DNA of 64,000 nt from Octopus sinensis (Eukaryota): positions 139,128,001 through 139,192,000 of the forward strand of contig NC_042999.1 of the NCBI RefSeq assembly GCF_006345805.1, in the 5' to 3' direction. Below the pieces are notes generated by a model. That model worked only from the letters and a program-made list of their open reading frames with translations, did no database searches and had not been told where the DNA came from. This document shows positions 46,287-59,229 of this stretch, one piece after another. The translations under genes were made by a program, and so were the position numbers. Each line of letters opens with the position of its first letter. Position 1 is the stretch's first letter.

Positions 46287-46640
46287 CTAGAAAAATAACT
46301 TGCACTTTCTCTGTTTTCTTCTAGCATTCTGTGCTACTTATTAATAGCCAAGTGGACTTGGTTGTTTGTTGTACAACAATAATGACACTATATGAACAAT
46401 TATTCATGAGGTGGGTGCAGTTAAGTTTTAGATTTTTCCCAAGTTATGCAGTTTATAGTTGAAAGAGATGTTAGATGGAACACATTTCTTAAAAAAAAAA
46501 CAAAACGTTTATTTTCAGCATTTGATAAAATTTATCAACCCTTTTGTTACTATATTTCTGCTGAAAAGTTCTACCTTTGTTTCACTTAAATTCGAAAACA
46601 ATGAAGGATATTGCACCTGACCATTCTATACAATAATTTT

Positions 46641-48373
46641 ATTATTATTATTATTCAGTAGTTCTATTTTTATAGCGTGCTTTCACTTCACTACCGAGCA
46701 CAGCTCTGTCTGCCTTAGGTATGTGCTGTGATTTGTTGTGATGCTCTGATGGTTATTGTATGGAAAGTGTTCTGCGCAGGATGTGTGCAGTGCCTAGTAG
46801 TGCAATTTTCTGTATGTTATATGTGTTTGTAAGTCCTGGTGTTTTTGTTATGTATTTGTCTGAATGTTTTTTTATCATGCCTAATGCGCCTACTATGATA
46901 GGAATTGTTTCTGTTTTTAGATTCCACATTCTGGTTACCTATATTTCCAGGTCTTTGTATTTTGAAAGTTTCTCCATTTCTTTTAGAGACACGTTGTTAT
47001 CTGCCAGTATTGATACATCAATTAGAAAGCATTTTTTTCTTCATGATCTCTGACAACTATATCTGGTCTGTTGGCCTTAATTTCTCTATTTGTGTGTATC
47101 GGCATATCCCAGAGTATGGTTGCTTTCTCGTTTTCTGTGACCTTTTCTGGTGTGTGCCTATACCATCTTTTTTCTGTTGTTATTCCATAATGTTGGCATA
47201 GCTTCCAGTGTTTGTAGGTTCCAACTCTGTCATGTCTGTGAATATATTCCTTCTTAGCCAGGACTGGGTAGCCAGAGATAATATGATTTATTGTTTCTTG
47301 CCCATCTCCACATATTCTGCAGTTACTTGATATATTTCTTTTCATTACATTTTTTGGTAATTTCTAGTGGGGAGGCTTTGGTCTTGTGCTGCAATAAAAA
47401 ATCCCTCTGTCTCTGCTTTGAGTCCTGAGCTTCTCAACCATTGCTGGGATTTTTCTTTGTCTATTTCTTTTGCATTTAGTTTAGTCCAGTATTTACCATG
47501 AGGGGCTTTTCTTGCCATCGTTTTATCATGGTTCGTTGCTGTTCTATTTTTAGTTTGGATTTCATTTGTTTTATAGCTTTTGTTGTTTCTTCTTCTTCTT
47601 CTTCTTCTTCTTCTTCTTCTTCTTCTTCTTCTTCTTCTTCTTCTTCATATTTATTAGGTTGTATGATTTCTTGTTTGTATTTGTCAGCTTCCTTAAATAC
47701 TGAGAACAGTTTTTTGTTTTGCTCGTGTTTTGCCGCTATTTGTATCAGTTTTCCTTCCTTCTGAAGTAGATATTTTTGCAGTCCTATGGTGGTTATTTTA
47801 TAGTAGTTTTCCAGCTGTATAAGGCCTCTACCACCTTCTATACGTTGTATATATAGTCTTTCTATGTCAGATTTTGGGTGATGCATCCTAGATCCTGTCA
47901 TTATTTTTCTTGTTTTCCCATCTATTTTGGTCAGTTCATTTAGTGTCCAGTTAAGGATATTGTAGCTGTAACTTATAACTGGGACAGCTAAAGTGTTAAT
48001 ACCTATTATCTTGTTTTTAGCATTGAGTTCTGTTTTTAGTATTGATCTAATTCGTCTATAATATTCTTTTTTTATTTTCTCTTTCATTTGTGTGTGTTGT
48101 GTCTTATCTAGTTCATGGATTCCTAAGTATTTGTAAGTTTGGCTTTGGTCTAATTCTTTTATTTCATTGGTTTTATCTAGTGTGATGTTGCTACTCTTAA
48201 CTAGTTTTCCTCTTTTCAAGGTTACTTTGGCACATTTTTCTAATCTAAATTTCATATCTATTTCTTTGGTAAATCCATGAACTGTCTTTAATAGTGTTTC
48301 CAGCTGTTTGTCATTTGCAGCGTATAGTTTTCGGTTATCCATATATAAAAGGTGGCTGATCGTTTTGCCGTAA

Positions 48374-48374
<1 letters not shown>
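46641..48374 (-). mobile_element. 5'-truncated R4/Dong-like (restriction-like endonuclease) LINE inserted in a (TAA)n array
   Basis: ISHLLYMDNRKLYA (RT YMDD region), CRICG..ETINHIISG (CCHC), RHD, RPDIVV; (ATT)n at 46641-46655 and 48375-48433. Confidence 0.85.
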
Positions 48375-48433
<59 letters not shown>

Positions 48434-49952
48434 CTTTTATAAAGCTTGTGTTTGAAACATACATTGATATGAAATTTTGATGGAAGATCTAACTTGAAAT
48501 CAATTTAGAACAGGAAGTTTTTATCATACAACCAAAGTCAGTCTTAGATGGTTTGGTATCAAAAGGGCTAATCTTATCCATCAGATACACATTCATACAA
48601 TAAGCTCAGCAAAAGCGTTCAATATAGGCTTAAAGAAATTCTTGAGATAGTAATTTTTATAACTCTAGTCTAGACATTTCTGCTAGTCTTACAAGTGGAG
48701 TAAGAGAGGACAAGTTATGGGACATATTGATACTCATTAAGAATTATGAAGCAATACAAGAATTATGTTGGTAAAATTCAGTTTTTATTTCCAGTAAAGT
48801 ATTTTATCAGATAACTTCAACCAGGCATGACTGTCACATTGGTTTGTTGCATATAAATATGGTTTATTTGCCTTGCTGACAATTTCATTTCCCATTGTTT
48901 CATAGAAGAAGCAGAATGAGTACACTGTCCTCATGTCCATGTGTACATATATCAGCATCATCTGGGTTTGTGAATTTGAGCTGTACAAAATCTTGGGCCC
49001 ATGAACATAATCTCTGCATCTGGAGATTATTTGCATTACTATTTGTTTGCAGCTTGTTCAGCATCACATGATTCTTTTTCAAAAAATGCAATATCCAGGG
49101 AAATATCATCTTCTTTGCTATAATCTTTTCTACTTTAGGCATAAGGCACAACATTTTTGGGAAGGGGACCAATTGATTAGATCGACCCCAGTATGCAACT
49201 GATACTTAATTTATCAACCCTGAAAGGATGAAAGGCAAAGTCGACCTTGGCGGAATTTGAACTCAGAGCATAAAGGCAGACGAAATACTACTAAGCATTT
49301 TGCCAGGCATGCTAACGTTTCTGCCAGCTCACCACCTTCCTCTTTACTACAATTCTCACAATAGGTGTCCTGTGTGTGGTCTGCAACAAATTTTACTTCA
49401 GTTTTAGAGATTATGTTTTACTCCTTGGATATTCTTTATTCTCAGCCTGCACAGCTGTCTCAGGGCGGTCAATGAGGGCTCTTGTTCTCTAAGGTTTTTT
49501 TCTGTCTCTTTTTACCTTGGTCCTGCTTTAGTAAAAATCTAAATAGTCTCTAGTATCAAAAGACTTGGTATTGGTGGACATATTATAACAGTAATTGTTG
49601 TCAGTGGGGCAAATATCTTAGTGATATCAGTTGTCATACACCAACCCTCTTAGAATATACTGATTAGTGCCTTCTGATGCATGACACAACAATACAAGCA
49701 GTAAGAAGACAGTACAGATGTGGACTGATGTAACCTAACCTAGACAGTGATTTCTCATTCGTGTTTCAGTGTGAATCCTAAATACTTCATTTATTATTTA
49801 AAATGCATCTTGTTTTGATTATAATGTATTTTTCCCACCAAAATTGTGCTTCTTTGTGTCTCTTTGAGCCCTTTATGGCTAATAAAGAATCTACTACCAC
49901 TATACCATCACTGCTGCTGCTGCTACAACTAGTACTACTTGTACTGCTGCTG

Positions 49953-50000
<48 letters not shown>

Positions 50001-50517
50001 TTTCGCTGCTGCTACCTATATTTTCGATAATGAAACATGTATAGTGTTGCATAGTAGGAGACAAGCTCCAAGTAAACTGCTTCAGCTTCTCAGCTTATCT
50101 CCTAGTTGAAGCTATTTGCCTTCTATAAATGGATTAGTCAAGTAGACTTAGGATTTCTTTCAGCTCGTGCTTTTCCAACTCACTCTAAGGGCAAAATATT
50201 CATCTCAATTCTGTTAAGGACAACTAGATTTACACGCTTTGTGAAATAAAGGTCAAATGCATGAAATCAGGTATATACAAGTTTACATGAAAACCCAAAT
50301 TTATTGGTGGCATTCACATATGAAATTGACTTAATTTTTGTGGCACATTTTACGGGAGATATGGGAATAATACATTCCTCGAGATCAAACAAATAAAAAG
50401 AATTCAAAATATATTATAGGATAATCGCAATTTAGATCATCTGTAGATCTGAACAATTTAAGGTTTTATAACTCTAGAAGACATACCAGCAAAATCTTAA
50501 ATATTTTGCTGGAATAC

Positions 50518-50639
50518 CTTTGATGAAAGGTCGGCTGTATGAGGGCTGACGTAGGTCTAAATAACAATATCAATAGCAGGCTGGTAAGAGGGTATTTATT
50601 CCTTGATTGGCAATGTTGTTGCAATGCGTTGGATGGCAT
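50518..50639 (-). CDS. Candidate first coding exon of a small secreted protein (MPSNALQQHCQSRNKYPLTSLLLILLFRPTSALIQPTFHQ)
   Basis: ATG with in-frame stop upstream, hydrophobic core plus TSA, AG/gtattc donor (phase 2), locally CpG-containing; no homology recognised. Confidence 0.25.
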
Positions 50640-52421
50640 GTCATTTCATTTATTTAGTTGTTAGCTACGTTTCAGTTATGAACAAACTGATCAATGGTCA
50701 ACATATGTAGTAGGCTTTATCCCATCATTTACTTCTTTCACACACAGAGCATTAACAACTACATGATCCATTGTTTGTTTCCCTTTTTCAGTGAATATCA
50801 TTTTATGTTATTCCTAGCAGGTCAAGTGACCGTAAAGCTTCTGACACTAGTTCTAAACTATTCATACTTTTACAGCTGTCTCTAAAGTCTCCTTTGATTT
50901 TACTGAAGAACCATGTGTATCATTGTATAATATATTTGCTGGTCCACTCATAGAAGTAACAAAGGAAACTAACTTTAAAATAACAGTAGAATTTTATTCC
51001 CTCGTAAATTGGTACAGGGAACAAAGCAAGAATCATTACAAATTCTGGTGGTGGTTGTTCATGCATAGTTTAGATAATTCAACTTGGCTCACCGTTGATT
51101 GCATGGGTTCTATTATAGTAATTCTCTGCTGGTGAAACAGAAGGAAATCCGTATGACTCACCTTGATGAAAATCTCTCACTCTTCTGACTCATAAATAAT
51201 TTGTTGCACCAATAATGGAAAAAAGTAAGCTTCAGAACACATACCGTTTAATGGTTTGAGAGCCTTGAAAGATAAATTGGTATCAAATTTTCGACCAAAT
51301 AATCTATTACCACTTATGTGGAAGCTTGAGAATGGTCTCTTGGCAGAAAAGTTAAATCATCTGGAAAGAAACGCTTTCACATCCCATATATAATTAGATT
51401 GAAATATAGAACGAAATAATAGTACATAAGTAGGACGAATAATTGTGAGTTATTCCTAAATTTAGCAATAAAGTTTATATCTTATTTTAATTAGTTTTGG
51501 TTCTTTACAAAATTCATCTTTAAAAGAGAAAAAGCTGAGTAAAAAGTACTTTCAAGGGAAATCACTCTCCATAACATGATTAAAGTTACTTTCCATGACA
51601 AAACTTTTTAGTTTTTTTTTTGTATAAGTAGCATTTAGTAACCGTAACTAGTAGGATATAATTTAAAATTAAGTTAGCAAAAAGTTACGTTACATGAATC
51701 TACAACAATGTGCCTGACCGTGCACAATTACGGCGTGGTTTCAACAAGGACAGGATTTAGAATTCGATCTTATTGCAAATTGATTTGGTTATGTTACTAC
51801 TGTCATTGAAGCCGGTGACCAATAACGTGAGAGAAAAACATAGTAGACGGTAATTGCAATAGCTCTCTCTCTGTACATACATGTATACATATATGTATGC
51901 GTATATCTATGTGTTTGTGTGTGCTTCCCTGTGCATGTGTGACAGTGTTTGTCTCTTCGCTGCTTGACAACCGGTGTTGGTTATTTTCGTTAACTATCAA
52001 TTTAGCAAAAGAGATCAATTGAATGAGTACTGGAGTTTAAAAAAAATATATTAAGTGTAAGCGACAATTTACACCACTAAAACGTTTCAAGGTTGTGCTC
52101 AAGCTTGTCCAATATGTGAAACAAGTATATGATAAAACGTATAAGAAGCTTGCTTTCCAACCACATGGCTCCGGGTTCAGTCCTACTGCGTGACACCTTG
52201 GGCAAGTGTCTTCTACTATAGCCTCGAGTCGACCAAAGCATTGTAAGTGGATTTAGTAGACGGACACTGAAAGAAGCCCGTCGTTCGGCAAAATATATCG
52301 ATAGAATAAGTACTAGGCTTATAAAAATAAGTCCTGGGGTCGATTTGTTCGACTAAAGGCGGTGTTCCAGCATGGCCGGACTCAGATGACTGAAACAAGT
52401 AAAAGAATGACAGAATATTTA

Positions 52422-52621
52422 TATTAAAATTATAGTAAGGGTGCTGAATGATTTCAACACTAGTCTGCTAGAAATAGACCCCATATGGTCCATGAACCAC
52501 TTAGATTATTACTGCAGTACACAACTGGAATAATAATCTAAGTGGTTCATGGACCATTTGGGGGTCTATTTCTAGCAGACTAGTGTTGAAATCATTCACT
52601 ACCCTTATTAAAATTTTGATA
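52422..52621. mobile_element. Hairpin MITE (about 90-bp arms, about 19-nt spacer), TA-flanked
   Basis: 52420-52511 is the reverse complement of 52531-52623 with few mismatches. Confidence 0.75.
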
Positions 52622-52668
52622 TAGATTCTGGCCACTGATAAATCATTAAATAATGATTTTATCCTAAT

Positions 52669-52709
<41 letters not shown>

Positions 52710-52713
<4 letters not shown>

Positions 52714-54337
52714 GTAGGAAATATAATTCCAAAACTCACAGGGAAAAATTCAATTTAACAATTTTAAATCAAATTTCACAATATATAATATATGTATATA
52801 ATTTAGAAAAAAACACTATTAAACAATTCAATAAAGAAAGATGTTAATCACACCATATAGAAAATATATACTATAAAAAACCTCATTTTAAATCAATAAA
52901 GTACAATAAATAGTAAATAGTAGTAAAAACACTACGCACGTTTCATGGCTATATTTTCAAATAGATAATTATAATAAAATCAATTCGATTCGAAATTAAA
53001 TCGAACTAAAATTAATTCTATTTAAAAATATTTAAAAGTTGGAGGGTGGTCTATATAGGGATGACCTTTTATTAATAAATAAGAATTGCACCAATAGAAC
53101 AGTAGAATTATAATAAGAAACTATATAGCTTTTTTTAAAAGATATGGATTGAGTATTACTAGATATAATGAGAAACATAATGTTAATCATTTAGATGCTA
53201 ATTTTAATTTAATAACAGGTAAAACCCAACCATTCCATAAAATTAATGAAAACCTGAAATCATTGATAGATATTATAGGTAAAAGAATATCGTTGCTTCC
53301 TTCTAATTTTGAGATTTTCCAAAAACACGCACCTTATTATAATGAAGCCCCGCGAGAGGCGAGATATAATAATAATATTAAATTCTTTAATAATTCTAAA
53401 TATGATTATAATATGAAAGATTATAATATAAATGATTCCTATATTTTTTATAATAATAAACCTAACATTAAGAATTATGATACGTTTTATTTAGGTAATT
53501 ATGGTGTTAATAATATGTATTATGGTAATACAAAGCATAAATACAATAATAGACTAAAAAATAAAATAAAATTTAATTCATTTAATGATAATAATAAATT
53601 TAATAATATAACAAATAGATATAATATTATTAATAATAAGAACAAAATTTGGTTAATTATTCCTTATGGAGCTCAAGTTAAAACAAACATTATTAAAGAG
53701 ATTTTAACTATAACTGAAGTATTCATTAGAAATAATAAAAAATATAACATTTTTCTAATAATAATTTTGGAGTTGGTTATTCTACTATTATTAATGTAGG
53801 TAACATTATTTCTTCTTTTAATAAATTTAAGCTAAATAAGTTTTACAAAAACAAATCAAATAATTATTCCAAAAATAATAATAACTAATTGTACGTGTAG
53901 AGATAAAACGAAATGTTAATTTAATAATAACTGTAATTTCGATGATGTAGTATATAAATGTGTAGTGACTTTGATTGATGATGATAATAGGAATGGTTAT
54001 ATAGGGTCGACTTCTAATAAAATTAAATTACGGGTGGCTCAACATTATGAATTCTTTTAAGAATAGTAATTTAATTAATTCTACTGGCCTTAGTAAATAT
54101 ATATGGGAACTAAAATCTAAAAATATAAAGTACAATTTAAATTGGGAGATAGTTTGTAAGGCAAAATTAAATCGAATAGGTAGTAATTTTTGTTTATTAT
54201 GTACTAACAAATTTAAGGAGATATTATTAACTAATAATAAAAATTTTATTAATTCCCTCAACAAACGAAAAATTAAATGTAGACATAAATTAAATTACTT
54301 AATAATAAGTTTAGCTAATTTTGTGTATATATATATA

Positions 54338-54387
<50 letters not shown>

Positions 54388-55215
54388 CCCTGTTTTATGT
54401 TACTAATTGTAGTAGTTATAATTTGTAGTAGTAAAATGTGTATGAATTAGCACGAGATTATATAGTCTATATTACATAATTAGAATAAGTTGAAAATTAG
54501 ATGTTTATAAAATAAATAAATTAATTAATGAAAATAGATTAAATTATATAATTTTAGCTTAATTTATGTTTATTACTAAATGTTTTTCACGTATTTAGTA
54601 TGTAAATTATTTAGACTTTACAATTTTTCCAGTTAATAGTATATTAAAGTTAATTTTTTTTCCATATTCTTTCAGTTAAAATACATTTGTAATTTTAATA
54701 GCTTAAATACATATTTCTATCTATTTCTTCTATAAATTCTATTTACACCATATTTTCACGCGATATATTTCTTATAAACGCTAAGTTCGACGTTTTACGT
54801 TTAAATTGTTAGTTAACGAAAATCCTTCGACAAGATAAGTTATAGTTTTATTTTAAGAAATATTGTTAAATGCTTTTCGATTATTTATAGTTAATACACG
54901 TATTTATATATATATATATATATATAATTAGTATAAGTTAAGATAAATACATTTATTCTATTATTATTTTTCATTATCTATTATCTTAGACCTGATGAGT
55001 GACTATATTTTTAAATAGAATTAATTTTAGTTCGATTTAATTTTGAATAGGATTGATTTTATTATCATTATTATCTTTTTACTACTATTTATTATTTATT
55101 GTACTTTATTATTTAAAATAAGGCTTTTTATAGTATACGTTTTCTATATGGTGTGATTAACATCTTTATTGAATTGTTTAATAGTGATTTTTCTCTAAAT
55201 TATATACATATATGT
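52710..55215 (+). mobile_element. AT-rich Penelope-like element: inverted 5' pseudo-LTR, decayed RT C-terminus and GIY-YIG, 3' pseudo-LTR
   Basis: HAPYYNEA.REA.Y, IW...PYGAQVKTNI, VVYKC, GYIGSTSNKIKLRVAQHY, NSTGLSKYIWELK, FCLLC..K..I, KCRH; 52785-53035 is an inverted copy of 55008-55215. Confidence 0.88.
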
Positions 55216-55243
55216 TATGTATTATATATCATATTATGTTACG

Positions 55244-55288
<45 letters not shown>

Positions 55289-55779
55289 CGCATACATACA
55301 CGCGCACGCACGCACACACAATGACACCGTGCAATACGAGTTTAAATCGTTCCACGACCGAACTCGTCTTACGATTTACTCGTTTTACAAATCAATTTTC
55401 CCCATTGAAGTTAACTAAAATATAATTAATCCGTTTCAGCCCACCCCGCGAACCACTTAAAAATAATTTTCAGGGGTTTTATAGCAGAAAGGGTGTAGTT
55501 ACAAGTAAAATGACAATTATTAAAAAAGAGAATGGAAAAAATAAGTTAATTGGTTTTATCAACTGAATTATCTTAAAGATGGGACGATTTCTGCGCGAGG
55601 AAGACGATGGAGCGAAGAGGAGGGTTACTGTTTGGAAAGAGATTCTCTTTCCATTAAGACTTAAGGAAGAACAATGTCTGGCGTTTTCTCTCTCCGCTTA
55701 ATTTAGCCTTTTTGTACACGCTTTCTTCACTTTTTACACTTAGAAACATATCAAGATTTTACGAAAATGTAGGAAAATC

Positions 55780-56760
55780 CACATTTGTTTTTACTGACGG
55801 CTTCTGTGTTGTTGTGGAGCGTATTCAGGCTTGTGTTAGAAGACTTTTCATAGATTTGGGTTGCCTCTTGCTTTTTATGATGGTGTGTGTTTGGAGGATT
55901 AAGTTCATTCTATGATCTTGTTTAGCAGGGGAATGTTTTGAAGGATGGTGTCGAAGGTATCATTGTTAAGAGGGTTGTGTGTGGAGATGTATGGTAGGGC
56001 CTTTGGTTGTAAATCATTCTTTAATTTGGGATGTCTGAGTTCGTGGATATTGTAGGGCACGTTGAAAGCATATGTCAATTAGTGAAGGTGGTTAGTTCCT
56101 GGTGATGAGTGTATCCTTTAGTTCATGAAGTCGTGTGTCTCTGGTGTTTGCATTAGAAACTATAGTACATATCCTTTTTGCTAGGCTGAAGAAGATATTC
56201 ATTCTGGTGTGTCTGGGGTAGCATGAGTTGAACGGTAGATATTGCTTCGAGTGCGTGGGCTCATAGTATATATCTGTTTCTATTACGTTGTTAGATTTCT
56301 TTATGAGGATGTCTAGGAAGGGAAGTTGTTGATGGCTATATTCCATCGTGATTTGAATGTTTACGTCAAGTCCATTTATAAGTGCTTGGAATTTTTTAAG
56401 TCTCTATACTTTCATGCCAAAGAATGAAACAGCCATCCAGGTATCTCTCCCAGTTATTTTCTATGTAGAGGGAGAAGGGGCTGCCGTATTTTACTAGAAC
56501 CTTACGATAAAGACTAATTTCTAGATATCCCAAGACTAGGTTAGTAAAGGAGGGGGCCATTCTCGTACCCATCGCAGTCCCCAATTTTTGTCGATAGAAG
56601 TTGTCTTTGGAGACAAATCAGTTATTCTCCAAGATGAATTTTAGCCCTTCCATCACGAATTCTTTTTTGGTGTGATGTGGGAGTTCGTTGGCGTAATTCT
56701 CTAGCCAGAATTGAATTGCCTCTATTCCTATGTTGTCACCAAAGAATGTACATTTATATG
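55780..56760 (-). mobile_element. Penelope/Poseidon-type reverse transcriptase relic (second family)
   Basis: GTAMGTRMAPSFTNL, WERYLDG, LPFLDILI, TDIYYEPTHSKQYL.FNSCYPRH; boundaries approximate. Confidence 0.88.
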
Positions 56761-57154
56761 GATTGTAGTACTCTTTGTCAACCAATATTCTGTGCATGTC
56801 TGAATATACAGATACAATACCAATACCAATATCAATTCCTTCTGGAAACTATCTTAAGCATGTCCTTGAGAATGATTATTTATGTAGTAATCTTTTGTGC
56901 CCAATATTTTAAGGAACTTGTTGAACTTTTTTATGTCCTTAACATGTCCCTGTTACCAAAGACTGTATATATGTAATGTAGCAATTTGTAACAACCAATA
57001 ATTAACGCAACCAAACTTCTACATGTTACTTTTGACAATCTTTTTCCAAAGAGTGAAACCGGTAAAGTAAATAAACATCTTTTAAATTGCATTTTTAAAC
57101 CTTCTTTCGTATATAATTCCACTCGTGCGGTACCCTACAACTCCACTTCGTTAT

Positions 57155-57165
57155 ATCTATATCTA

Positions 57166-57248
<83 letters not shown>

Positions 57249-57252
57249 ATAT

Positions 57253-57326
<74 letters not shown>

Positions 57327-57330
57327 ATAT
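57155..57330. repeat. (ATCT)n followed by (TA)n; second (ATCT)n at 58404-58497
   Basis: Directly visible. Confidence 0.97.
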
Positions 57331-57984
57331 ATACACATACATATATATGCTTGTATGTATGCATGTATATGTGCGTGTGTGTCTTTGTGAGCTTGTAATC
57401 TGCATTAAATGTGATGGAACAGTATACAACATCACCAAAACACTGAATATGTAGTACTAATCTCGCTAATATACAAGAAAAATATCATTTACATATGTAA
57501 CTTAGTTACTAATGAAAGATGAAAAATAGATTGTCTGGAGAACATTTAAATCATAATAACTACGGCAGCGTAAAATTTCAAGGGTCAGAAACTTATCAAT
57601 ATTTATGCAGCTTCTGCTGTATGCTATGAAGCGATAGTTATCATACTGTCTTTATAAAGTAGTATAGGAACGTTAGTTATTAAACTTTAGACACATAGTG
57701 ACAACACACAGTGGGTATAGCAACCAAACCTTCAAGGGATATATTGCCGCCGCGTAAATGACTAATTAGTGTTAAAATTAGTGATATTCAGGGAGGAGGG
57801 GCGGGGGTGGGGAGAAAAGAAAAGAAAAAGCGTATCGGTGTGGCTCTGATTCCATTTTATTATGTGAAGTATACTCAAGATCTAAACAAAAACACAAGTA
57901 ACAAAATAAAAATAATAAAACCAAAATTTCAATGCCAATATATTTTATTTGTATGGAAAACTGAACATTTATAATATTAATGCG

Positions 57985-58053
<69 letters not shown>

Positions 58054-58404
58054 TGTATGTATGTATGTATGCTTGTACGTAAACATGTATATACCTATAC
58101 CCTGGTTTGCGGTATCTGAAACCGGTGTGCGTGTGTGTGTATATGTTATATTGTACCATTACACATCACAAATCATGATCAGTGAATACGTTTGTTTCCA
58201 AAAACGTCAGAATTCATTAGTAGGCCACCCCAGGTAGTGTATCCAAAGTTACTGCAAATAGAAAAATTAATATTTATACATATATGTATCATATATCTGC
58301 AGGTATTTGAAGGGGGTCTTCAGTCTATTAAAACTGACGTTACATCACTCTCTCTCTCTCTCTCTCTCTTACACACACACAAGACATATATGTGAATGCA
58401 TGTA

Positions 58405-58498
<94 letters not shown>

Positions 58499-59080
58499 AT
58501 TCTTTAATATATGATAAGTTGACTATCTAGGCGGTGTTTAATAAGACTTGGGATATTCACGTGCGTCTTTTTGTATTCGTGTAAAATGCTTATGGCGACA
58601 GTTACAATGTAGTGTAGTTTGGTTACAGGAGCACTTATCTAAGCATTGTATGAAGACGTCGAAAAAATTTATTTTCTCTAAACTAGGACAATATCTCTGA
58701 GTAGACTTTCATCTTTAAATATAATAAACATGTCTAAGACCGTGAGCTGGCAGAATCGTTAGCACGTGGGGGAAAATGGTAAGCGGCAATCTGTCCGTCT
58801 CTATGTTCTTAGTTCGAAATCAGCCGGGGTCAGCGTTACCTTTCATCCTTTCGAGGTCAACAAAATAAGTAACAGTTGACCGACGGAGTCTAAGTAATCG
58901 ACTTAGTCCCTTCGTGGAAATTGCTGGGCTTGTATCAAAATTTGAAAGCATTATAATAATGTTATTTAACCAAACGTATTGAGATCTACGTCGGATAATT
59001 TTTGCGCTATTTAACATAAATTTAAAAATATATTTTACAACTCTTACATTGCACACAAACACGCACACAATGACAGAACA

Positions 59081-59144
<64 letters not shown>

Positions 59145-59229
59145 GACAGCATTTCATCCATCTTTGCATTCTGTAATCCCATAGCACAGTAAAGGAGCAG
59201 TGGTAGTTTACTTGATGAGAGACATGTAG

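Noticed and set aside
48785-49172. Overlapping minus-strand ORFs with faint resemblance to a piggyBac transposase N-terminus (F.FF...IV..N..YA)
   Set aside because: Similarity too weak to call by eye; needs a profile search.
50031-50048. GAAAC-ATGT-ATA-GTGTT, resembling the 3' half of the Penelope hammerhead
   Set aside because: No upstream CTGANGA or stem II and no surrounding family similarity seen.
51288-51341. Minus-strand KR-PFSSFHISGNRLF-GRK, resembling an amidated neuropeptide; nearby donor/acceptor-like sites at 51093-51360
   Set aside because: In-frame stop just upstream, no ATG or signal peptide 5' of it, and I could not link it into a coding chain. The splice-like sites may at most be UTR exons.
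57765-57815. CpG-containing patch with a GC-box-like GGGGCGGGGG
   Set aside because: No associated exon or gene identified; a single short motif is not enough to call a promoter.
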